This document shows positions 55,179 to 62,739 of a DNA stretch of 64,000 bases, piece by piece. Each line of letters begins with the position of its first letter. Within the stretch, counting starts at the first letter, position 1. Position numbers and translations under genes: made by a program. The notes beneath the pieces were generated by a model. That model searched no databases. It was not told the origin of the DNA and was given only the letters and a program-made list of their open reading frames with translations. This DNA is from Actinobacillus sp. (GTDB lineage: Bacteria; Pseudomonadota; Gammaproteobacteria; Enterobacterales; Pasteurellaceae): contig JAHHQX010000001.1 in assembly GCA_020026155.1 (NCBI GenBank), positions 6,087 to 70,086 of the forward strand, written 5' to 3'.

Positions 55179-55412
55179 ATTGTAACACAGCAAAATGAGA
55201 AAGGGAGTTACAACTCTGGAGAGACCCTCTAAAACGGACTATTAATTGTAACACAGCAAAATGAGAAAGGGAGTTACAACGGACGCTGACGAATATGTGG
55301 CAGCTTATAAATTGTAACACAGCAAAATGAGAAAGGGAGTTACAACAAAAGGGAGCAACTGGAATTTTGCCCCCTCATTGTAACACAGCAAAATGAGAAA
55401 GGGTTTATTGCC
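55179..55412 (-). CRISPR. Satellite CRISPR array: 3 intact 36-nt repeats, 1 degenerate terminal repeat and 3 spacers of 30 nt
   Basis: The plus-strand repeat ATTGTAACACAGCAAAATGAGAAAGGGAGTTACAAC occurs at 55179, 55245 and 55311. A degenerate copy at 55377..55412 keeps the first 27 nt. The spacers are at 55215..55244, 55281..55310 and 55347..55376. I assign the minus strand as crRNA sense by analogy with the Neisseria repeat. Confidence 0.95.
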
Positions 55413-55425
55413 TCTTTACTGCTTC

Positions 55426-55458
55426 AAAAATAAAAAAAGCCACCATAAAAATGGTGGC
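55426..55458 (-). terminator. Rho-independent terminator after mscS
   Basis: The stem gccaccat / atggtggc is followed by a T-run on the minus strand. It abuts the degenerate CRISPR repeat. Confidence 0.7.
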
Positions 55459-55464
55459 AAATAT

Positions 55465-55491
55465 CATAAAATTTTCCGAAAAATAGGGCGT
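55465..55491 (-). repeat. Copy of the dispersed intergenic repeat
   Basis: The reverse complement reads acgccctatttttcggaaaattttatg. It lies directly after the mscS stop. Confidence 0.55.
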
Positions 55492-55500
55492 AATAACTGA

Positions 55501-56355
55501 TTATTTATCAGTTTTTACGTTTACATCAGTGCGTAAGTTTACGTCTAATGTATTGTATGGAATTTCAATATTGTTTTGATCAAGGGTTACTTTGATACGT
55601 TCTAATAAATCTGCTTTTACCGCAAAGTAGTCAGCAGTATTCACCCAACCACGTACGAATAATTGTACGCTGCTGCTTGCAAGTGCATTAACGCCGATTG
55701 ATGGTTCTGGTGATTTTAATAAACGTGTTTCAGATTCAAGAACTCCGAAGATCACATCGCGTGCTTCTTTGATGTTTGCGCTATAAGCGATATCGATAAG
55801 TAAATCTACACGACGTTGACCAGTCATAGAGTAGTTAGTGATATTGCCGCTAAACATTGTTGAGTTAGGCACGATCACGATTTTGTTATCAGGGGTTTTA
55901 AGTTTAAGCATGATTAAACCGATATCTTCAACAGTACCAGAAACGCCAGCACCTTCAATGAAGTGACCTTTTTGGAACGGTTTAAATACAAGAATCATGA
56001 TACCTGCAGCAAAGTTTTGTAAAGAGTTTTTAAGTGATAAACCTACTGCCAAGCCCGCAGCACCGATTAATGCTACGAAAGAAGAAGTATCAACACCTAA
56101 TTGTGCAAGTGCAATAATGATAACAAGGATTAAGCCTACTAAGTCAAAAATTGACATTACAAAGCTAGAAAGCATTGGATCACTACCAGATTTATCCATG
56201 CCTTTACGAATTAATTTGCTGATTAAGCGAATTACTTTACGACCGATATAGTAAATAATGATCGCAAGAATAATTTTTACAGAATAAGGAACAACCCAAT
56301 CCACAAGAATATGATGGAAATCGGTGTTCTTAATATTTTCAATAAGATTAGTCAT
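55501..56355 (-). CDS. mscS: Small-conductance mechanosensitive channel MscS
   Basis: It is collinear with E. coli MscS as I recall it: three TM segments, then ..ALIGAAGLAVGLSLKNSLQNFAAGIMILVFKPF... and a beta domain. I trimmed the start to the ATG at 56355 (MTNLIENI), which is preceded by GGAG. Confidence 0.85.
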   Translation of the reverse strand: MTNLIENIKNTDFHHILVDWVVPYSVKIILAIIIYYIGRKVIRLISKLIRKGMDKSGSDPMLSSFVMSIFDLVGLILVIIIALAQLGVDTSSFVALIGAAGLAVGLSLKNSLQNFAAGIMILVFKPFQKGHFIEGAGVSGTVEDIGLIMLKLKTPDNKIVIVPNSTMFSGNITNYSMTGQRRVDLLIDIAYSANIKEARDVIFGVLESETRLLKSPEPSIGVNALASSSVQLFVRGWVNTADYFAVKADLLERIKVTLDQNNIEIPYNTLDVNLRTDVNVKTDK

Positions 56356-56471
56356 TATATATTCATCTCCACTAATTAACAAAAAAGAGTTAACCAATCG
56401 TAGTTATTATATTTGTAAATAAACAGTTGTGCAATAGTTAAACTTGTTAAAAAGAAGATTTTACTCAGGCA

Positions 56472-56578
56472 GGAAAGATGATGCCCCTTGCGATCCGAAA
56501 ATCTCAAGGGGCAGTGCATTGCGATTCTTTTGAATCTTATTGTAACAACGTTTCTCATTTTGCTTGTATTACAACGGG
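56472..56578 (-). ncRNA. tracrRNA of the type II-C system
   Basis: On the minus strand a 37-nt anti-repeat GTTGTAATACAAGCAAAATGAGAAACGTTGTTACAAT (56575..56539) can pair with the whole crRNA repeat, leaving one 4-nt internal loop and one bulge. It is followed by AAG, the hairpin GATTC-AAAA-GAATC, and the terminal hairpin GCCCCTTG..CAAGGGGC (56512..56483). This layout parallels the N. meningitidis tracrRNA as I recall it. The ends are approximate. Confidence 0.8.
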
Positions 56579-56583
56579 GACGG

Positions 56584-56611
56584 ATTATACAACTTACAGG
56601 GTTTCTGTCAA
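56584..56611 (-). promoter_or_regulatory. Predicted sigma70 promoter of the tracrRNA
   Basis: On the minus strand there is a consensus -35 TTGACA (56611..56606), a 16-nt spacer and a consensus -10 TATAAT (56589..56584). This places the transcription start near 56575-56578, at the start of the anti-repeat. Confidence 0.6.
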
Positions 56612-56734
56612 TATTTTGTGCAAAATAATTGTATTTTTTAATGGTATAAATCGCCTATAAAATAGCTTACTTTTTATAAAAGTATTATAATTTTAAGAAT
56701 TTTATATCAAAATTTTATACCAAAAGGATAAGAA

Positions 56735-59700
56735 ATGGAGAACAAGACGTTAGATACGCAGACTATTCCAGCCTATGTATTAGGATTAGATATTGGTATT
56801 GCCTCTATTGGTTGGGCATGTGTAGCAGTCGATGAAAAAGAGCAACCGTATGGGCTATTGGACTGTGGGGTAAGAATTTTTGATGCAGCAGAAAATCCAA
56901 AAGATGGGAGCAGCTTAAATGCAACTCGCCGTGAAAAACGTGCATTACGCCGCGCAATTCATCGTCGTGCTTTGCGCATGCAACGAGGGAAAGCACTCTG
57001 TAAAAGAGTTGGGCTACTTGAGGCAAGCGATTTTATTAATAAAAATGAAGTAACAGGGCTACCGAATGATACTTGGGAGTTACGTGTTGCGGGCTTAGCT
57101 CGTCAATTAAATCGTAAAGAATGGGCAGCCGTGTTACTTCATCTTTTAAAACACCGTGGATATTTATCGCAACGTAAAAGTGAGGCGACAACAACAGATA
57201 AAGAGCTTGGTAAATTGCTTTCAGGTGTCGCACAAAACCATCAAATGTTAGATGAAAAAGCTTACCAAAGCTGTGCGGAGTTAGCACTTAACGAATTTAA
57301 AGGAAAATGGCGTAACCATTCAGGCGATTATTCTCATACCTTTAATCGTCTTGATCTCCTTGCCGAAATTCATACGCTTTTTGCCAAACAACGTGCATTT
57401 GGCAATCCGTTTACCAATAAAGACTTCGAAAATACTTTCTGCGATTTATTTATGTGGCAAAAACCTGCTTTATCGGGTGATGATCTATTAAAAATGGTCG
57501 GAAAATGTACCTTTGAAAAAGGGGAATATCGCGCTGCTAAACATAGCTATACGGCAGAGCGTTTTATTATGCTAGGTAAATTATTAAATTTACGCTTTTC
57601 AGAGCGTGGTTTAACTCAAGAAGAATGCCAGCAATTACTCGAATTGGCATATAAACAAACCAAAGTGACTTACACTCAAGTGAAAAAAGCGCTTAATTTA
57701 CCGGAAGATACCCTATTTAAAGGTTTACCATACGGACGTGCGAAAACCGCAGAAGAAATCAAAAAAGTAGAAGGACGGACTTTCCTTGAAGCCAAAGCCT
57801 ATCATCAAATTCGTAAAGCAGTAGAGAAAGTGGATAAGCAAGCGTGGGAATTGATGAAAGCAGATGCAAAATTGCTTGATCATATCGGTACGACTTTCTC
57901 GCTTTATAAAACGGATGAAGATTTTATCAAACAACTGGAACACGTTGATTTAGCAAGCGAAATTAAAGATAGCTTGATGGAATTGAATTTTGATAAATTT
58001 ATCAATCTTTCCCTCAAAGCACTTTATCAAATTTTACCGTACATGGAACAAGGAAAACGCTACGATGAAGCGTGTGCAGCCGTTTATGGAGATCATTATG
58101 GTAAAAAACTTGGGCAAATCAGCACATTATTACCACCTCTAAATGAAGAACAAAAATATCAACTCACTAACCCAGTGGTAATCCGTGCTTTATCCCAAGC
58201 CCGTAAAGTGATTAATGCGATTATTCGCAAATATGGTTCGCCAGCGCGTGTCCATATTGAAACTGGACGAGATGTGGGTAAATCTTATAAAGCCCGTAAA
58301 GATATTGAAAAACAACAAGAAAAAAATCGTAAAGAACGTGAACTGGCAGAGAAAAAATTCCGTGAAATTTTCCCCGATTTTAGAGGTGATCCTAAAGGGA
58401 AGGATATTCTTAAAATTCGTCTTTATGAGGCACAAGATGGAAAATGTTTATACTCAGGCAAACCATTAGATCTACGTCGCCTTAATGAAAAAGGTTATGT
58501 TGAAATCGATCACGCTTTACCTTTCTCTCGCACTTGGGACGATAGTATGAACAATAAAGTCCTTGTACTAGCTGGCGAAAACCAAAATAAAGGGAATAAA
58601 ACGCCATACGAATGGTTAGGACATACAGATCGTTGGCAAGATTTTGTTGCACGTGTTCTAAATAGCCATTTCTCGCCAATGAAAAAGAAACGGATTCTGA
58701 TCACTACGCTTGATGAAGAAGGCTTCAGTGAACGTAACTTGAATGATACCCGCTATATTAGTAAATTTTTAAGTCAGTGGGTTGATGAAAATTTACATTT
58801 AACAGGGCAAGATAAACAGCGAGTCCTTATGACAAATGGGCAAATTACTTCATTATTGCGTGCGCGCTGGGGACTACATAAAGTACGTGAAGAGAACGAT
58901 CGCCACCACGCGATGGATGCTATTGTTATCGCCTGTACAACGCCGAGTATGCAAAAACGCATTAGTGATTATAGTAAACGCCGTGAAATGCAATTATTTG
59001 GTGAGCGTAAAGGGGAAATGATTGATGAAAGTACGGGGGAAATCAGCTATATTCATTTCCCAACCCCATGGGACTTTTTCTATCAAGATGTAAATGCACG
59101 CGTGTTCAGCGATAATCCACAACATACATTACAGGAAAATGTGCCTGATCGCGCTGAGATTTTAGCAGATTTTGTGACGCCACTTTTTGTATCACGCATG
59201 CCAAATCGCAAAGTAACAGGACAAGGGCACTTAGAGACGATTCGAGGTGCTAAAAATTATCTTACTGATAAAGTCAGTACGATTCGTAAACCATTAGCCA
59301 GTCTAGAATTAAAAGATTTGGAAAATATGGTGAATAAAGAGCGTGAACCTGCACTTTATGAGGCATTAAAAGCACGTTTAACTGAATTTAATAATGATGG
59401 GGCGAAAGCTTTTGCAGACCCGTTCTATAAAAAAGGCGGTCAGCAAGTAAAATCAATTAAGTTGCAAGAAAAGCAAAATACAGGTGTTTTACTTAATGGT
59501 GGTAAAGCGATCGCAGATAATGGCGATATGGTACGCGTAGATGTCTTTATTAAAAGGGGGAAATATTGCCTTGTTCCCGTTTATGCTTGGCAAGTCGAAA
59601 AAGGTAGTTTACCGATGAAGGCATGTGTTGCGAATAAAACAGAAGATGAATGGGAAGATATGGATGAAACTGCAGAATTCCAGTTCTCATTATATAAGAA

Positions 59701-59938
59701 TGATCTTGTTGAAGTTAAAACAAAAAAACAAACTATATTAGGATATTATTCAGGATTTGATCGCGCAACAGGTGCTATTGAAATCAGGGTACATGATAGG
59801 GATCAATCTCAAGGTAAAAACGGTGTGTATAGAGGGGTTGGCGTAAAAACCGCATCATCTATCAAGAAATTTGATATAGATATTCTCGGTAAAACCATTT
59901 CACCATGTAAAAAGGAAAAACGTAGCGATTTCCGTTAA
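56735..59938 (+). CDS. cas9: Type II-C CRISPR-associated endonuclease Cas9 (1067 aa)
   Basis: The RuvC-I motif [13 protein letters not shown], the Arg-rich bridge helix [22 protein letters not shown], the HNH motif [23 protein letters not shown] and the RuvC-III motif [12 protein letters not shown] are present. The size is typical of compact II-C Cas9 proteins. Confidence 0.97.
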   Translation: MENKTLDTQTIPAYVLGLDIGIASIGWACVAVDEKEQPYGLLDCGVRIFDAAENPKDGSSLNATRREKRALRRAIHRRALRMQRGKALCKRVGLLEASDFINKNEVTGLPNDTWELRVAGLARQLNRKEWAAVLLHLLKHRGYLSQRKSEATTTDKELGKLLSGVAQNHQMLDEKAYQSCAELALNEFKGKWRNHSGDYSHTFNRLDLLAEIHTLFAKQRAFGNPFTNKDFENTFCDLFMWQKPALSGDDLLKMVGKCTFEKGEYRAAKHSYTAERFIMLGKLLNLRFSERGLTQEECQQLLELAYKQTKVTYTQVKKALNLPEDTLFKGLPYGRAKTAEEIKKVEGRTFLEAKAYHQIRKAVEKVDKQAWELMKADAKLLDHIGTTFSLYKTDEDFIKQLEHVDLASEIKDSLMELNFDKFINLSLKALYQILPYMEQGKRYDEACAAVYGDHYGKKLGQISTLLPPLNEEQKYQLTNPVVIRALSQARKVINAIIRKYGSPARVHIETGRDVGKSYKARKDIEKQQEKNRKERELAEKKFREIFPDFRGDPKGKDILKIRLYEAQDGKCLYSGKPLDLRRLNEKGYVEIDHALPFSRTWDDSMNNKVLVLAGENQNKGNKTPYEWLGHTDRWQDFVARVLNSHFSPMKKKRILITTLDEEGFSERNLNDTRYISKFLSQWVDENLHLTGQDKQRVLMTNGQITSLLRARWGLHKVREENDRHHAMDAIVIACTTPSMQKRISDYSKRREMQLFGERKGEMIDESTGEISYIHFPTPWDFFYQDVNARVFSDNPQHTLQENVPDRAEILADFVTPLFVSRMPNRKVTGQGHLETIRGAKNYLTDKVSTIRKPLASLELKDLENMVNKEREPALYEALKARLTEFNNDGAKAFADPFYKKGGQQVKSIKLQEKQNTGVLLNGGKAIADNGDMVRVDVFIKRGKYCLVPVYAWQVEKGSLPMKACVANKTEDEWEDMDETAEFQFSLYKNDLVEVKTKKQTILGYYSGFDRATGAIEIRVHDRDQSQGKNGVYRGVGVKTASSIKKFDIDILGKTISPCKKEKRSDFR

Positions 59939-59946
59939 TCATCATA

Positions 59947-59971
59947 ACCCAGCCTTGTGCTGGGTTTTTTA
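59947..59971 (+). terminator. Intrinsic terminator or attenuator between cas9 and cas1
   Basis: The stem is aacccagc / gctgggtt with a 5-nt loop, followed by TTTTT. It lies 9 nt after the cas9 stop and 30 nt before the cas1 ATG. Confidence 0.65.
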
Positions 59972-60000
59972 TTTGGTAAATTAAAAGAATAGGAGGGCGC

Positions 60001-60915
60001 ATGACCTGGAGAACCATTGTTGTGGAAAAAGGCGGTAAACTTTCCTTAAAACAGAAACAACTTTTGATTGCACAAGATCAACAACAATTTACCGTCCCTC
60101 TCGAAGATATCGCGATTATTATTATTGAAAGCCCCGAAACTGTCATTACTGCGCCGTTACTTTCGCAACTCGCCATATATCAAATATCTTTAATTACTTG
60201 TGATGAACAGCATTTACCTTGTGGACAATGGCTACCTTTAGGGCAATATGGTAGCCCATTGCAAACGCTTAAATTACAACTCACTGCCAGTGAGCCACTT
60301 AAAAAACAAATTTGGGCGCGTATTGTCCAGCAGAAAATTATTAATCAAGCCTTTGTTTTAAAAGAATTAGGGCTTATTCCTGCGCAAAAAAGATTGCTTT
60401 CACTAGCCAAAGACGTTCGCTCAGGGGATCGCACGGCGTGTGAATCACAGGCAGCGATGATCTATTTTAGCCAAGCTTTTGGTAAAGATTTTTGCCGGCG
60501 AACAGAAAATAACATCAATGCCCATCTAAATTATGCTTACAGTGTATTACGCTCAGCGATCGCACGCGCCTTGGTTCAGTATGGTTGGCTACCTTATCTT
60601 GGATTACACCATTGCAATGAGCGCAATCCTTTTAATCTTGCTGATGACTTTATCGAACCTTTCCGACCGATTGTCGATTTAAAAGTATGGCAACTTTGGC
60701 AAGAGAATAAATTAGATGATGGTTTAACTCCGAATACCAAGCACCAGCTCGCACGATTATTAAACTACGAAATGCATTTCGAAGAGCAACATTTTACGGT
60801 TTTAGCGAGTATTGATCGTTGCGTCGGTGCATTTAAAAGTACGCTAAGCCAACAAGATGTAAAGCTCTTAAAACTTCCCGAAATGCAATCACTCAAGGAG
60901 CACTGTTATGAGTAA
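60001..60915 (+). CDS. cas1: CRISPR-associated endonuclease Cas1 (type II)
   Basis: The 304-aa protein follows the Cas1 pattern (..[19 protein letters not shown]...[25 protein letters not shown]). It lies between cas9 and cas2. Confidence 0.95.
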   Translation: MTWRTIVVEKGGKLSLKQKQLLIAQDQQQFTVPLEDIAIIIIESPETVITAPLLSQLAIYQISLITCDEQHLPCGQWLPLGQYGSPLQTLKLQLTASEPLKKQIWARIVQQKIINQAFVLKELGLIPAQKRLLSLAKDVRSGDRTACESQAAMIYFSQAFGKDFCRRTENNINAHLNYAYSVLRSAIARALVQYGWLPYLGLHHCNERNPFNLADDFIEPFRPIVDLKVWQLWQENKLDDGLTPNTKHQLARLLNYEMHFEEQHFTVLASIDRCVGAFKSTLSQQDVKLLKLPEMQSLKEHCYE

Positions 60916-60928
60916 GGAGGTAACATTT

Positions 60929-61237
60929 ATGCGATTTATCGTTTTCTTTGATTTACCTGTCACAACCAGGGCAAAACGAAAGGTAGCGAATCGTTTTCGT
61001 ATTTTTCTGAAAAAAGATGGTTATCAAATGATGCAACTTTCCGTATATAGCCGTATTCTGCGAGGGCAAGATAGCCAAGAAAAACACTTAAAACGTATTA
61101 GAGAACGCTTACCTAAGGAAGGTTCTGTTCGTGTTTTATTGATTACGGAAAAACAATATACAGGAATGCAACTTTTGGTCGGAGATAAGCGCCCAAATGA
61201 AAAGAAAGTAACAAGCGATCAATTGCTACTTTTTTAA
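60929..61237 (+). CDS. cas2: CRISPR-associated endoribonuclease Cas2
   Basis: The N-terminus [10 protein letters not shown] carries the conserved Asp, and LSVYSR is present. I prefer the ATG at 60929 (AAGGAGG 8 nt upstream) to the ORF-track start at 60908, which overlaps cas1. Confidence 0.9.
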   Translation: MRFIVFFDLPVTTRAKRKVANRFRIFLKKDGYQMMQLSVYSRILRGQDSQEKHLKRIRERLPKEGSVRVLLITEKQYTGMQLLVGDKRPNEKKVTSDQLLLF

Positions 61238-61337
61238 CCGCTCAAACAAACTAACCGCTGATTTTTTATCCTTTTGATGGTAAAAATAGCGGTAAAAGCA
61301 TGATTTATGAAAGGCTAAAATTATCTTTAGTAATGAC

Positions 61338-61449
61338 GTTTTTTTGCAAAAAAAATCGCAAAATCGGGAAGAAATTTCCAAAATTTTGCGATTTTTTATT
61401 TAAGAAATTGCCTATAACCCATTGAAAATAATGAGTTATTCGCAAGGGT
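61338..61449. repeat. CRISPR array flank, copy 2 (cas2-proximal, leader-like sequence)
   Basis: This is the paralog of 55068..55178. It contains the dyad aaaaaatcgcaaaat (61350..61364) / attttgcgatttttt (61383..61397), flanked by A- and T-runs, and ends ...gttattcgcaagggt directly at repeat 1. Confidence 0.85.
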
Positions 61450-62079
61450 ATTGTAACACAGCAAAATGAGAAAGGGAGTTACAACTTTTCTAAAACTATC
61501 AATGCGCCTTCATTTATTGTAACACAGCAAAATGAGAAAGGGAGTTACAACGCTAGAAATTGAACAGACGCATAAAGAATTATTGTAACACAGCAAAATG
61601 AGAAAGGGAGTTACAACAGACTTTGCAAAATACACAAAGTGTAAAAAATTGTAACACAGCAAAATGAGAAAGGGAGTTACAACAAACGAAAATCCCGTAC
61701 TTGAATCATTCTCATTGTAACACAGCAAAATGAGAAAGGGAGTTACAACCCAGCTAGAGCACCTTGAAAATAAATTAAGATTGTAACACAGCAAAATGAG
61801 AAAGGGAGTTACAACCTTGTCATTGTACTACCAAGCAGATAGCACATTGTAATACAGCAAAATGAGAAAGGGAGTTACAACAGTCGCCAACGTCTGCGAC
61901 TTTGCGAATTTATTGTAACACAGCAAAATGAGAAAGGGAGTTACAACTCCTTATTTTATCAACGAAAAAATTCAAACATTGTAACACAGCAAAATGAGAA
62001 AGGGAGTTACAACTTAACTTTAAATGATTGGGCTGCTGTATTCATTGTAACACAGCAAAATGAGAAAGGGAGTTACAAC
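61450..62079 (-). CRISPR. Main CRISPR array: 10 repeats of 36 nt and 9 spacers of 30 nt
   Basis: The repeats start at 61450, 61516, 61582, 61648, 61714, 61780, 61846, 61912, 61978 and 62044, with an exact 66-nt period. Nine are identical, and repeat 7 has one C-to-T change at 61853. The reverse complement GTTGTAACTCCCTTTCTCATTTTGCTGTGTTACAAT is the presumed crRNA-sense repeat. Confidence 0.97.
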
Positions 62080-62225
62080 CAAATAAGTTAGGGAAAGAGC
62101 GGTATTATCCCCCAAACTCACCTTTACACATTTTTAATATATTTTCACTCCAAAATACATTTTTGCACCATTTTTCAAATTATTTTTATTCACTTTTAGT
62201 GATTATTTATTCATCTTGTTTTTAA

Positions 62226-62253
62226 TCAAAAAAATACCCACTCAATGAGTGGG
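62226..62253 (-). terminator. Rho-independent terminator after the coiled-coil gene
   Basis: The stem cccactc / gagtggg has a 3-nt loop and is followed by a T-run on the minus strand. Confidence 0.65.
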
Positions 62254-62271
62254 AATACAAAATGACATAGA

Positions 62272-62739
62272 TTATTGGATTATTTTCCACCGTTTTTCTT
62301 TTTCATCTACTTTTTCAACAAGCTGTTTTACTTTTAAACGGTTCATAGCAGTGAAAATGCTATTAATAAAACGTCTTGGCATAATATTGGGATCTTGACC
62401 ATCTCGTTCAAAAAGGGTTAATGCCATTTCTTTACAAGTCCATGCTTTATCTGGGTTTTCTTTTAAAAGTTTAATCATTTCTGGTTTAAGTTTGATATTT
62501 CGCAAAGTAGGGGGCTGACGAGAAGATGAGGATTGATGTGTTTGCATATTGTTATGAATAATGGTTTCTGCTTGTTGTAAGATAGCCAGTTGTTGCCTAA
62601 TGGCTTTAATGTCTTTTCGTAAGGCTTGTTTTTTCAATTTTATTTCAGTAAGTTGATTATCCAATGTTTGTAAAGATTTTTCAGCATGGCGTATTTCTTT
62701 TTCAAACTGTTGAATGTGTTTTTTAAGTTCTTTAGACAT
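62272..62739 (-). CDS. Hypothetical protein: N-terminal coiled coil plus a small C-terminal globular (possibly winged-helix) domain
   Basis: I trimmed the start to the ATG at 62739 (MSKELKKHIQQFEKEI...), which overlaps the transposase stop by 8 nt (ATGTCTAA). Heptad-like repeats fill the first ~60 aa. I recognise no family. Confidence 0.55.
   Translation of the reverse strand: MSKELKKHIQQFEKEIRHAEKSLQTLDNQLTEIKLKKQALRKDIKAIRQQLAILQQAETIIHNNMQTHQSSSSRQPPTLRNIKLKPEMIKLLKENPDKAWTCKEMALTLFERDGQDPNIMPRRFINSIFTAMNRLKVKQLVEKVDEKEKRWKIIQ

Noticed and set aside
55179-55412. The idea that the satellite array arose by inversion of part of the main array.
   Set aside because: Both arrays and both flanks have the same orientation, so a direct duplication or independent array fits better than an inversion.
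56376-56660. Two 60-aa ORFs (56376..56558 minus and 56478..56660 plus) between mscS and cas9.
   Set aside because: They overlap the predicted tracrRNA and its promoter, have no ribosome-binding sites and show no family resemblance. The RNA gene explains this interval better.
56663-56691. A candidate cas9 promoter (TATAAT at 56686..56691).
   Set aside because: The corresponding -35 (TAGCTT) is poor, and the whole intergenic region is AT-rich, so -10-like hexamers are expected by chance. I did not report it as a feature.
61510-61794. A 94-aa minus-strand ORF with the reiterated peptide VVTPFLILLCYN.
   Set aside because: It lies entirely within the CRISPR array, and the periodic peptide is just the translated 36-nt repeat. 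It is not a gene.
55215-62043. Self-targeting spacers, meaning matches of the 12 spacers to sequence elsewhere in this window.
   Set aside because: I noticed no match while reading the window, but a manual comparison is not exhaustive. No claim is made, and BLAST against the full genome is needed.
62272-62739. An anti-CRISPR or Aca-like interpretation of the small gene next to the array.
   Set aside because: At 155 aa, with a long coiled coil and coupling to a transposase gene, it does not resemble the AcrIIC families I can recall. I see no HTH Aca-type partner.
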